Shown: positions 1-12,170 of the stretch, one piece after another
Layout: each line of letters starts with the position of its first letter
How positions within the stretch are numbered: the first letter of the stretch is position 1
Assembly (NCBI GenBank): GCA_951406725.2
Contig: OX597826.1
Span: forward strand, 61,566,001 to 61,630,000
DNA from: Octopus vulgaris
Lineage: Eukaryota
DNA: 64,000 nucleotides
Direction: 5' to 3'
Program-made: the position numbers and the translations under genes
The notes under the pieces: generated by a model
What the model was told of the DNA's origin: nothing
Seen by the model: only the letters and a program-made list of their open reading frames with translations
Databases searched by the model: none

Positions 1-379
1 TTCCTTTTCATGGGAGAGTTGCAGACATTTTTCAATTTCCAACAGTTTTATTTTCAGGCGGGACTTTTCACTGCTTTCAATCGTTCACATCTTGTCATTC
101 CTGGGAGAGAAAGGCCCTCGGGCCATCTGACATTGGGTAGATTGAAGTCTCCCATAAGAAGTACACTTATGTGTTGTTCTAATGTGATTAGAACTTCTTC
201 TATTTTTATAAGGCAGTCTTCAAACTTGCCCACATGGTTAGGGGCATCTGGAGGGCGATATGTAGCACACACAACTACATCAAGTTGCCTAATATGTACA
301 ATTAGAGTTTGAGTATGACAAGAGGACCTGGGGTGTGAGGTCCTCACGGATGTACATAGCAACTCCTCCATGACTCCTT
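1..379 (-). mobile_element. 5'-truncated, internally deleted fragment of LINE family B (APE region), running off the window start
   Basis: Translation LIVHIRQLDVVVCATYRPPDAP..MGDFNLPNVRWP matches the element at 41800-47328. Around position 81 it jumps from the equivalent of 44775 to about 45260. Its 5' end abuts (TATG)n. Confidence 0.9.
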
Positions 380-989
380 ATGTATGTATGTATGTATGTA
401 TGTATGTATGTATGTGTGTGTATGTGTGTGTGCGTGCGAGCGTGAACGTACGAGTTGATATATGTAAATTTGTAAAATCGTCATTGCGTTGTTTTTCTTT
501 TATGACAATGCGTAAGGCAATATTAAGCATAGACTGACTACTTTATCTTAAAGAGCACAAAAAGAACAACTGAAATGTCAGCTGAATCAAAATACCATTG
601 ATATTCACATTCTACTTACACTGTCTATATCTTCAACAGAAAATATAGTCTCCGGTGACCAGAAACAAACCTATTGGGATTATCTATACTTTAACAGCAA
701 CAAAATAAACAGAATATTATCTCGGTATATATGTGTACCGTGTTATTATACAGTACACATGTAAATAATAAATTACAATTATATAGATGGAAAATGAATT
801 TGTGTGAACAAATAGCTTGCAAAATGTACTTTATGTATCAGAAGAATGTGTGGCTATCTTCCAATATTTGTTCATATAAAAATGATGGATTTAATTAAAT
901 AACTACTCAAAATCAAAGTGAAAGGTCAAGAATAATCGCAAATAAGTGGCAATAATTGGACTGCACCTCTTCTGGCGATACGGGCTTGA

Positions 990-1135
990 AAAGTTTAGTC
1001 GAACAAATCAACTCCAGTACTCATGTTTTAAAGGTATTGTAAGTTATCCTATCGGTTTCTCGAACTTACAGGGACGTAAGAAAACCAGCATCGGTTGTCA
1101 AGTGGTGGTGGGATACAAAGATACATATACAAAGA
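990..1135 (-). mobile_element. Degenerate fragment of SINE family 1
   Basis: tttagtcgaacaaatc...ccagcatcggttgtcaag is the reverse complement of the SINE body at 5336-5733. Confidence 0.65.
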
Positions 1136-1193
1136 TGCATATACATACATACATACATACATACATACATACATACATACATACATACATTTA

Positions 1194-1422
1194 TGGCTGC
1201 CCCCTCGTTATCGAGTATGGTCATTGCACGAATCTTAACTGTTACTGGTGCTGTGATCGAATGTGACTTTTTAGCCCAGCTAAAGATCTACAATGTCTTG
1301 TACAAAATTGGCAAATAAAACCTTTACTGGTAATAGCCGGCTGTAGTTGTAACTGGGCTTCATGTACCTTTGCATGCCGTTTAAGTCTTCCTGCCGAATT
1401 ACACTCTCTTCCACATGCCCGA
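1194..1422 (-). mobile_element. 3' end of an RTE-like LINE with two C2H2 zinc fingers
   Basis: CRACGRECNSAGRLKRHAKVH and CQFCTRHCRSLAGLKSHIRSQH, then a stop and a short UTR. Flanked on both sides by (TACA)n. Confidence 0.6.
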
Positions 1423-1530
1423 CACATACATACATACATACATACATACATACATACATACATACATACATACATACATTATACATACATATATATATGC
1501 GACATTATATATACATATATATATATGCGA

Positions 1531-1910
1531 CATGGAGAGATGGCTTAGCTGGAAAAGCAGCTTAGACCCTACTACATGTCTAAACACAAGGACAGAACTT
1601 TTCGGATCATGCCCACATACGACTAAATCTCTGTTACATTTTTGGTCCCCTAAAGAAAACAGATAGAACATGCTTTCTATGCTATGTCCCAAGAAGGTTT
1701 TTTAACCTCATCACACCTTCTATCATACATTTTATATATTTTTATATATTTTTTATGTACTTTTATATAATTTTTATGGCGAAAAATGCGAGCGATGTAT
1801 AAGTACGCAGGCAAGCAGAGTTATAACACAGTAATTTCCCTTTGTATAACGGTATTTTTTCATAGCGTTTTCAAATAGCCAAATAACCGAAACTCAGAGT
1901 TTTATCTTGA
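1531..1910 (+). mobile_element. Penelope-like element C-terminal remnant and pseudo-LTR
   Basis: LNTRTELFGSCPHTTKSLL resembles the LNxRxELxxxCxHxxKxLL C-terminus found after the GIY-YIG domain in some PLEs. Confidence 0.5.
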
Positions 1911-1932
1911 CTATCGAGTAATGTAACATATT

Positions 1933-2064
<132 letters not shown>

Positions 2065-2073
2065 TTACATACT

Positions 2074-2443
2074 GGAGTGGCTGTGTGGTATGTAGCTTGC
2101 TAACCAACCACATGGTTCCGGGTTCAGTCCGACTGCGTGGCATCTTGGGCAAGTGTCTTCTGCTATAGCCTCGGGCCGACCAATGCCTTGTGAGTGGATT
2201 TGGTAGACAGAAACTGAAAGAAGCCTGTCGTATATATGTATATATATATGTGTATCTGTGTGTGTGTTTGTGTGTCTGTGTTTGTCTCTCTAGCATTGCT
2301 TGACAACCGTTGCTGGTGTATTTACGTCCCCGTCACTTAGCGGTTCGGCAAAAGAATAAGTCCCGGGGTCGATTTGCTCGACTAAAAGCGGTGCTCCAGC
2401 ATGGCCGCAGTCAAATGACTGAAACAAGTAAAAGAGTAAAAGA
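2074..2443 (+). mobile_element. tRNA-derived SINE family 1, near full length
   Basis: A/B-box-like head (tggctgtgtgg, ggttcagtcc), internal TA/TG tract, 3' gcggtgctccagcatggccgcagtcaaatgactgaaac and an AAAAGAGT tail. Multiple copies in the window. Confidence 0.9.
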
Positions 2444-2625
2444 ATATATATATATATATATATCTACAGAAATAAATTTTTAATTCTCAAACGCGTGATA
2501 ATGCTAATAAAATAGCATGAACTGGATAAATCATTCATACATTGCAGAAAAAACGTTACCGGCCAGCCATGATACACACATACACGTGTGTGTGTGTGTG
2601 CGTGCGCGTTTGTTCATGTGTGACT

Positions 2626-3094
2626 GGAGGCGCAGGCGTGGCTGTCTGGTAAGAAGCTTACTTTCCAACCGCATAACCGCATGGCTTCGGGTTCAGACGT
2701 TTGGGGCAGACGACTTCTACTATAGCCTCAGACCGACCAAAGCCTTGCGAGAGGATTTACTAGATGGAAACTGAAAGAAGCCCGTATGTATATATGTGTA
2801 CATCTATGTGTGTATATATATATATGTATATATATCTCTATATATGTATATATCTATGTGCCCGTGTCTTTGTTTCTGTGTTTGTCCCCCTCTCTATCAC
2901 CGTTGGACAACCGGTGTTGGTGTGTTTACGTCCCCATAACCTAGCGGTTCGGCAATAGGAACCGCCAGAATAAGTACTAGGCTTAAAATATAAGTCTTGG
3001 GGTCGATTTGTTTAATTACAAAACCTTGAAAGTGGGGCTCCAGCACGACCGCAATGAAGGGGCTGAAATACGTACAAAAGAAGTAAAAGAAGTA
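2626..3094 (+). mobile_element. SINE family 1, older diverged copy
   Basis: Colinear with 2074-2443 but with many substitutions. Confidence 0.8.
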
Positions 3095-3516
3095 TAATGT
3101 ATATACATATATATATAAATCCGGAATCTGGAATTATCCAATAAGTTTTTTGCTAGTTTATTTTGTTTCTTTGTCTTCTCTCCTGGTGCTGTATGAATAT
3201 TTAACGTGGTTTTAGAGTCAAGTTTTGACTGCTATTTCCAGCGTGGTGGTATCTCTTAGATACCCTAAATTATATTAATATTAATAGTAATTATTATTGA
3301 CTTTTACAGGTTTATAATTTTATGAACTGAAATGTGGTTTTTTATTACTTTTCATGTATAAGTCTGATTTTAATTTAAATGTGAGTGTGCATATATCTTC
3401 TTGTGTGGTAGTCTTTAGAACTATTAACTCAATATGTAGAATAACTGAGCTTATTAATATATATTGATATATATTTTGTTTTATTTTGTTTTGTGTATCT
3501 CGTATTATTGTATTAA

Positions 3517-3576
<60 letters not shown>

Positions 3577-3671
3577 GTATTATGGTGTCTATGCACACGT
3601 TTTTATATTTTACATTTTTATATTGATATGTATTTGGAAAAAAATTTTTTCACAATTATAATTTATTAAAT

Positions 3672-3783
3672 TCTCTGAAGAGGCCGTGGGGCATCCTTGT
3701 TAATGTCTCATTTATACCTGCCTTATATGGCTTATAGGTTAAATGAGGCATGATTGCCCTTACTGCCGAAACAGCTGTCAGAT
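3672..3783 (+). ncRNA. Hammerhead-ribozyme-like motif (type I, long stem II, palindromic stem III)
   Basis: tct-CTGAAGA-ggc...(long hairpin)...gcc-GAAAC-AGCT-GTC-aga. Confidence 0.65.
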
Positions 3784-3959
3784 ATGATATAATTACATAT
3801 TATATTTTATATTTTATATTTCTATTTCCTTGTCTAATTATATTTACAGTATATTTTGTATAATGCCTTTACTGTTATGTAATGGTGTAATAAAGTATTG
3901 ATTGGGTATCATCTGTTGGTTGATGTTTGATTGATTTAAGTATGTTTCTCCATTTTCTA

Positions 3960-4005
<46 letters not shown>

Positions 4006-4049
4006 CATACATACATACATACATACATACATACATACATACATACATA

Positions 4050-5207
4050 CAGAAGGCGATGGGTAAATTGTCACCATTTTATGTTTTTAATTTCGTGCAT
4101 GTACATTTTCTTTGATTTTATCGACTGCAAAGTGTAGTAGGTTCAGTTGGGCACCGTCTGAGAGAAAAACACCACCATGATGCAGTTCACTCTGCCAGAA
4201 ATTTGGAAACAATATGCTGTACTGCTTGGCGTTCACGTCGGAAGCTTCAGTACGAACACTTCAGAGTGTTTGGGTATCAGTCTGAGGACGGTGCAGAAGT
4301 AATCGTTCTTATGAGAAAAGATCTTCTGAGTTTGTTGGTAGGATTCAGGCCAGATTAACAACGATCCCTTCAAGTCAATCAGGTCCATCGCCAAGGACGT
4401 GAGAATGCCTGAGTTTCTTATCAGGCAGGTAGTGCTTGAAGGCATTCTGTATTCCACATACAAGATGAGAACGAGCCAATTGTTATCCAAAGCCATCAAG
4501 GATAAGAAAAAAGACTGCTCTACGTAGCTTTTGAACAAACTCAAGCGTCAAGAAAAATTTCTGCCATGATCAGATGGTGAACACACAGAACAACCTTTGG
4601 ATTGCCGTATCCCTAAAACATGTACTGGTAGTGATAAAATCAAATATCCAGTCAATATCATGGCGTTTGGAGTGATTACTAGTGATGGCGACGTTATGTC
4701 CCCATTTATCTTCACACATTGCCTCAGACTCAACACAGAGGCCTATATCAAGTGACTGGTGGAGGTAGTGCTACCCTGGGGCAGGATGGTGGCTGCACCA
4801 TGCCACACAAGCAGAAGAACCAAATCATGGCTGACAGACTATTTCTGCGATTTCATCATCCCTAACATCTTGCAACTTAACTCCACAGATTGCAACCCCT
4901 TTGATTATTATGTGTGGGGCACAATTGAGCGAGACACCAACAAAACTCCTTATAACACTAAAGATGAACTGAAGGAAAGGATTATGGCAGCATTCACCAA
5001 CCTATACAAGGAGACCATCCAGAAGAGTTGCAGGAGATTCTGAAGCCGTCTGGAGGCTGTGGTTGAAGCCAATGGCGATTTTATTGAATGAATTTACACT
5101 TTATTATTTCAATACATTTTTATATAATTTTGGTAAATATATCTGTTAAAATGAGATGCCTTGTTTCCATTTTTGTGTAATTCAGACAATATATTCACCG
5201 TACCTTG
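4050..5207 (+). mobile_element. Decayed Tc1/mariner-superfamily transposon, maT/DD37D-like
   Basis: APCHTSRRT..NSTDCNPFDYYVWG..RLEAVVEANGDFIE. Imperfect TIRs (cagaaggcgatgggtaaattgtc / gacaatatattcaccgtaccttg) with TA flanks. Confidence 0.8.
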
Positions 5208-5335
5208 TATATAGTAATGAGAAAAAGGAGGAAGAGAATTTCGATTGTCCCTACGTGGTGAGTTGTTATGTAAAAAATATACATATAATAAATGAAGGAA
5301 AATGCACACTATGTATATAGTTTTAATACATTTTA

Positions 5336-5733
5336 GTGGCTGTGTGGTAAGTAGCTTGCTTACCAACCACATGGTTCCGGGTTCAGTCCCACTGCGTGGC
5401 ACCTTGGATAAGTGTCTTCTACTATAGCCTCGGGCCGACCAAAGCCTTGTGAGTGGATTTGGTAGACGGAAACTGGAAGAAGCCCGTCGTATATATGTAT
5501 ATATATGTATGTGTGTATATGTTTGTGTGTCTGTGTTTGTCCCCTCACCATTGCTTGACAACCGATGCTGGTGTGTTTACGTCCCTGTAACTTAGCGGTT
5601 CAGCAAAAGAGACTGATAGAATAAGTACTAGGCTTACAAAGAATAAGTCCTGGGGTCGATTTACTCGACTAAAGGCGGTGCTCCAGCATGGCCGCAGTCA
5701 AATGACTGAGACAAGTAAAAGAGAAAAGAGAGA
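5336..5733 (+). mobile_element. SINE family 1
   Basis: Highly similar to the copies at 2074, 14957 and 57992. Confidence 0.92.
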
Positions 5734-5914
5734 GTAACCACATTACTCTTTCATTCAAAACATATTAAAAGTATATAAACTGTGCATTTTCCTTTTATTT
5801 TATACTAAATGTGTATATCTGCATAAACGCAAAACGAAAGAAAACAAAAGGTGGATACTTTCAGATGAATTTTTAAGTATAAATATATATATATTTATAT
5901 TAACAATAATATAT

Positions 5915-5932
5915 TAATATAATAATAATAAT

Positions 5933-5999
<67 letters not shown>

Positions 6000-6003
6000 T
6001 ATT
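5915..6003. repeat. (TAA)n microsatellite
   Basis: Directly visible. Confidence 0.95.
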
Positions 6004-6448
6004 ATTCTGCTCAATACCACAGATTTGCTTGTCAGTTGTTTGACCATAACCAGTTGAGCATGTCCCTTAGTGGCTGACGATATGTGCATCTCTGATCACG
6101 AGCAGAAGTAGTGGGGGAGTATCATAGCCATGTGTTGAGAGGGATTCTTTGGGGTTTGAATAATTCACCTCTGGAGACATGGGTGGGTTTTTCAACATCC
6201 TTAAACAACCCTTATTCAGGGACCGTTTGAGCGGGATGGGCTACTCAACCTGAAGAAAATTCTAACTGGGCCCCACCTGCAAGGTCATGTGCAGTTTATC
6301 TTGATATGAGATCACCATGCCGCGCACATATGGTTGTGATGCATGTGCCTGGTGTGCCCTTATCAGACGGGTAGTCATGATGGGTATATTGGGCTTCGTA
6401 TATTTTACCCCAGTGTCACTTTGATGGCATGAACTGCTCTCTCACTCA
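6004..6448 (-). mobile_element. Non-coding ~445 bp element inserted in (TAA)n; possible Dong/R4-dependent non-autonomous element
   Basis: GC-richer block with (TAA)n on both sides and no ORF. Strand is tentative. Confidence 0.5.
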
Positions 6449-8239
6449 ATAATAATAATAATAATAAGGTTCAATTTACACAGAGTACAAATGACAGTGA
6501 AAATTAAAGGGGTAAAGGAAAAGTATTACAAGTCCGACAGCTGTTTCTGGAGGGTTGGAGATCCATAGTAATGTTGGTAGATGTGATTCATCTCAATATG
6601 TGGCCGTAATGGATACTATTGGCATCGGTAAAGATCTTACATTTCAGATCTTAATGCAGAGAAGTTCAAAGATGGAATGATTAAATGTGGAGAGCTAGGT
6701 GTATTAGAGGAGGGGGAATATTAAGACAGGGAATGGTGAGAGGAGAAAAATAGTTCAGGATGTGTGAAGGGTTATTAATGAGGGTACTAAGCGGGAGGTG
6801 GTTGTAGAAGTGGGGAATTGGGAGATGAATAGGAGGAGTAGGAAGGATAATATTTGAATGGTAGTGAGTTGCGTTGGATTTATGTTTAGGAATCAAAGTT
6901 TGGAGATAATGGCTATAGAATTATTGGAAGTTGAAATAGCGAATAAATGAGTGACAATTATTTGAGAGAGTTAGTGTCTATTTCAGTGGCAGAGGGAGAT
7001 TACTAAAGTATGTAGAAAGGTATGAGACAAATTGTAGGGAAGGTAGACAGAGTGGAGGTGAGTTGGAGGTCAAAATAGCAATAGTTAGTAGAATAATGAA
7101 AGTGGGTCGGTTTTGGCGGAGTAGTACTGAGGTATACAGATGTGTATGAAATTGAATTGAGAGAGTTGAATAGAGAGGTTGATAAGTTACTATCTAATCG
7201 AATGGGATAGCATTAAGTGCTTTTAGTTGAAGAGAAGAAATGAAAAGAGAAAAAGAATACCAATTGTGGGGGTGGGCTTGCCGATTTCGAGGAAACCCAA
7301 GCGCTTCTCAGTTTCAATAATCAATTGTTCAAGTTAATGACCTGAGATAAGTGTCATGTGTACATGACTCACCAAATTATTTCGATTTTTTATTTCGATT
7401 TATTTCGTCTTGTCCGAAACAGGTTTGTCAATGCTCCAAATAAGGCATGTATCCCAGAAGTATTCATACTAATTAACTATCTTTTAAGAGGAGCGGAATG
7501 ACACCAATTGGCGACAGTCCATTTTGGCGTAGGAGGCAAACACACACACACACACACACAAACACACACACTCACACACACACACAATCAAATGCATACA
7601 CGCACAGAAACGTGCACATAGAAAGGGAGAGGGAGGAGCAATAAAATATGCTCACAATCATAAAATGAGAATGCGAGAGGGGGGAGAGAGAGGGAGACAG
7701 ACAAATATATATATATAGAGGGACAAAGAGACAGAAACAAACCGACAGACAGACAAAACGGGATTGGCTGCAGCTGCTTTAGCGATAGTGAGACACTGGA
7801 GGCAAACAAATAACGCGCACGGGCGCACAGACGCGAAAAGAATAAAAGAGGGGAGAGTCGGGAGGGGAGAGTTGGGAGAGGGAGACATTATAACATATTA
7901 ATTGAACACGAATAACAAACACTTCTCCTCCCAGTGTCGGTGTGGTATGGGTGCGTATGTCTGAACGTGTTAAACAAGTATTTTCCCCACCTTTGTTATC
8001 AAGGGAAATTGTATACTGCTGGGCGTAAAAATACAAATAAGATAAGATTACAACAGGTAAGATAGACAGGTGATGATTTCTTGCTAAGCTTCATTGATTT
8101 CAAAGATCATTTCGTGGAAATTTTTTGACTGTTTTGATGTTCACTGTTCATTTAATGGTTTCAAATATTGGACTACGACCATACTAAGGTTTAGTCGAGC
8201 AAATTGACTCTAGGCACTTATTCTATCGGTCTCGTTTAC

Positions 8240-8901
8240 CGAACTGCTAGGATCAAAACATACCATCACCGGTTGTCGAGTTCTGGAGGGAACAAACACA
8301 AATACGGAGACATACACACATACGAGGGGACACACACACACACACACACACGTATATATACGGCGGGCTTCCTTACAATTTCCTCAGCTAAATTCACCAA
8401 CAAGAGCAGTTGTAAGACAGGGGCTTAAGTAAAACTCGACAACCGGTGATGGTATGTTTCGATCCATACAACTTAGCAGTTCGGCAAAAGAGACCGATAG
8501 AATAAGTGCCTGGAGTCAATTTGCTCGACTAAAATTAGTTTGGTCGCTGTACAAAGTGCTGCGTAGTGAGACCCAACCCGAAACTTCTTGGTTGCAAAGT
8601 GAGCTGCTTCTTAACCACACAGCCAACGCTGGTAAAAATTAAGGCTTATTTTAATGTATAACGAAGTAAAATATGTAATAGATTTATTTTTGATATTTTG
8701 AGAAAGTGATATTGATAAACTTATCTTTTGTATTTTAGTTTATTTCATTTTTATTTTTAACCTTACATTTGCCACATTAGGTTGGCAAACAACCTTTACT
8801 TTAAAGTACTGCTACGAACTGCTAGGATCAAAACATACCATCACCGGTTGTCGAGTTCTGGAGGGAACAAACACAAATACGGAGACATACACACATACGA
8901 G

Positions 8902-8952
<51 letters not shown>

Positions 8953-9413
8953 ATATATACGGCGGGCTTCCTTACAATTTCCTCAGCTAAATTCACCAAC
9001 AAGAGCAGTTGTAAGACAGGGGCTTAAGTAAAACTCGACAACCGGTGATGGTATGTTTCGATCCATACAACTTAGCAGTTCGGCAAAAGAGACCGATAGA
9101 ATAAGTGCCTGGAGTCAATTTGCTCGACTAAAATTAGTTTGGTCGCTGTACAAAGTGCTGCGTAGTGAGACCCAACCCGAAACTTCTTGGTTGCAAAGTG
9201 AGCTGCTTCTTAACCACACAGCCAACGCTGGTAAAAATTAAGGCTTATTTTAATGTATAACGAAGTAAAATATGTAATAGATTTATTTTTGATATTTTGA
9301 GAAAGTGATATTGATAAACTTATCTTTTGTATTTTAGTTTATTTCATTTTTATTTTTAACCTTACATTTGCCACATTAGGTTGGCAAACAACCTTTACTT
9401 TAAAGTACTGCTA
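8240..9413. repeat. Tandem duplication (8240-8814 and 8815-9413) containing rearranged SINE 1 pieces
   Basis: The copies look identical apart from (CA)n length, and the ORF track shows identical 62-aa ORFs at 8454 and 9053. Confidence 0.95.
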
Positions 9414-9547
9414 CTGAAAATCTCCCATTGAGAGATTTAGGAGCAATAATGTTTCTATTTATTAGACCAGAGGCTGTGTGTCGCTTAAACAATCATATAC
9501 ATTTTCGAACGAGAGTTTAGTTGCGCCAGCTCAGCCAACCAGTTATT

Positions 9548-9592
9548 CTGTGCTGATGAAGTCAAATAACCCAGAAACCCTGCGGTCCACAG
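9548..9592 (+). ncRNA. Hammerhead-ribozyme-like motif with weak stem II
   Basis: ctgtg-CTGATGA-agtcaaataaccca-GAAA-cc-ctgc-gg-TC-cacag. Confidence 0.55.
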
Positions 9593-9762
9593 GTACTTCT
9601 TTGTGATGGGAGTGGGTGTTAAACTCCCCTGTTCGAAAATAGAAGGACACAGATTGTGTTATAGCCAGCTGGAGACGATGTCTCCAGGGACTAAACAACA
9701 ATAGCATTCGTCCCAATCGGGACTGCCATATTAGGTTGGAAAGTAACCTATATATGTATATA

Positions 9763-9977
9763 CAGTGTACCCCCGCTTATTCGCGTTTTCGGCATTCGCG
9801 GTGCTGGTTATTCGCGGAACGAACAATTGTTTGTGGAAACCACCGTCGCATATTCGCGGAATCGTGAATATCGTCCGCAAATTTTTATGACTTCTTTCGC
9901 GGCAATCGCTCTCTCTCTCTCTCACACACTCTCTCTCTCTCACACTCTCTCTCTCTCACACTCTCTCTCTTTCTCTC

Positions 9978-10023
<46 letters not shown>

Positions 10024-10872
10024 ATAGTATAGATTACTGTATCTAGTGGTAATACAAACTAAATTTTTCTGAACCATGATTATTTTAAACTTCTGCTCAA
10101 TCTCCCATTGGTGGTATGCATATATTAGACATATTTTGGGGGAAAACTGCATCTAGTAGCTATCTCGAGTGTTTTGTTGCGTGTTGTATTTTTTGCAGCA
10201 TGTTATTAAAGCCCTAAGATGCCACCCAAACGCCCTACACCTTCTAAGGGAACCTAATTGCCAGAAAAGGGTTATGATGTTACATGAGGAGATAAAACTG
10301 ATGGATATGCTCCAGGAAGGTAAAAGTTATGCAGCCGTACGTCGCTGTTATGATGTCTACGAAAGCATTATATACTCCATGAAGAAGAACGACGTAGCAA
10401 TCAGGTCTACCGTAGCAGTAAGTCTCTGTGAAAGCGGCAGGACTACCGTCGCAGTTGGTTTCAGTGAAAGTGCCAAAACGTCAGTGAGAAATAAGCACTT
10501 GGATAGGATGGAATCTACCTTGACATTGTGGATCAGTAACTGCAAGAGGAAAAGCATTCCATTCAGTGATAACATTATCCGCGAGAAAGCGCGGAAATTA
10601 TACTAGCGGTTCGACAGAGGAGACGGAGCAGAAGACACCGAAGAACCGCAACCAAGACAGACCATTGACAGAACATGAAAAAAGAGACGCTCATCGCATG
10701 CTGGAAGAAGGTGTGACCGGAGACTGTCCTGGACTACGAGGGCTTCTCACCTGAAGATATTCAGCATGAGACTGTCAACAATGCGGTGAAACTGGCAAAG
10801 GTACTTTGAGGCGAAGGTTTTGAAGACATCACACAAAATGAGGTCAACAACCTCTTCAATGCCCACTCTGAT
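9763..10872 (+). mobile_element. Internally deleted pogo/Tigger-like transposon
   Basis: TA|CAGTGTACCCCCGCTTATTCGCG end with repeated ATTCGCG. ORF 10169-10606 has HTH_psq and CENP-B-like HTH motifs (MESTLTLWI..IIREKARKLY). A C-terminal GEGFEDIT remnant follows; the DDE core is missing. Confidence 0.8.
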
Positions 10873-11369
10873 ACACATAAAACATTGGATATAAGTCTAA
10901 TAAATCACGATGATGCCGATGATAAAGACTTGTCATGTCATTTATTTTTATTTTTCAGAGGGGGGGGGGGATATCAGAGGTGCTTCAATTTTTTTTTTTT
11001 TTTGTTAATAGAAAGATAGAGTAATTTTTGAGTGTGCTTTTTGATGATTAGCAGATGAGTTTCGGAGTAAAGTTTACAAAGAAATCTATATGCCTATGCG
11101 AGTAAAAACTCACAAACACAAACATATTCATAAGCATTGACTACAAGGTAAGATAAGCAAAATGTAAGAAATTGCAAAGGTCACCTGATGACATAGAATA
11201 GAATGTTGAGATAAGTCAAAATGTAAATGAATAAACAAAAGGGCAAGAAAAGGAACATGGACATTCTATTCTATGTCATCAGGTGATAGTAATATCGAGT
11301 CTAATAAATCACGATGATGCCGATGATAAAGACTTGTCATGTCATTCAAACCGCTGTTAGCGTATTTGA

Positions 11370-11875
11370 TTCTCTCATCATCATTCATCATTGTTCGACC
11401 GTGGTCGAGACAATGGAATTTACTATGTTACGCCAGACTTCACGGTCCATCATAGCATTACGGAGGTCCTGTTGCTGGATGCCTGTATCCCTGGAGATTA
11501 CATCAGGGTAGGAGAGTGTGCGCCCTCTGGTATTGCGAGTAGATGGCTTCCAGAGGAGAAGAGTAGAAATTACTTCTTTTTCAGCCCTACAAAAATGTCC
11601 AGCAAACTGGACTCTCCTACCTTTCACAAGAGATGACACAGGTGGTAGTTTCCCATATATTTGCATTTTGGTTGGATGACACTTCCACGAGAGATTTTGA
11701 GCTCTCATAAGGAGGCGAGTGTAGGTTCCATCCAACCGCCTCTCAAGCTTCTTTGATAACGTCCAGGTTTCTGAGCCATATAGTAGAATTGGTTCGACTG
11801 TGGCTTTGAATATTTCAAGTTTGAAGTCTCTACTTAGATTTGATGACCAGATCTTATGCATGTCATTACATTCTC
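11370..11875 (-). mobile_element. 5'-truncated RTE-clade LINE 3' end
   Basis: IFKATVEPILLYGSETWTL..RRVQFAGH..AMMDREVWR, followed by a short (TGA)n tail. Confidence 0.88.
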
Positions 11876-11877
11876 TA

Positions 11878-12170
11878 CGACTGCACATTTTCATAGCAAA
11901 GGCTCAATCTACTTTCCTTAGTCATCGGAAAGATGACCTGACATCAAATGAAGCAATAGTATTGTTGGACTTTGCAGAAAATCATAGTTTTGTAGTGCAG
12001 GACGAGGTGCAAGGTTTCCATTGGGACAATGCTCAGGCACTATTCATCCATTCGTTATATATTATATGAACGGAGGAAACCTGTAATGCACTTCAATCTG
12101 TGTCATATCGGATTGTTTGAAACATGACACCACCACAGTGCATGCCTTGATCACGAAGGTAATATTGCAT
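11878..12170 (+). mobile_element. Sola2-like transposase fragment
   Basis: HIFIAKAQ..LLDFAENHSFVVQDEVQGFHW matches the DF(A/S)ENY..QDE(I/V)Q..HW motif. Confidence 0.65.

Noticed and set aside
1775-1902. Hammerhead suggested by ccGAAACtcagaGTT after a long hairpin
   Set aside because: No CUGANGA core or stem I found upstream.
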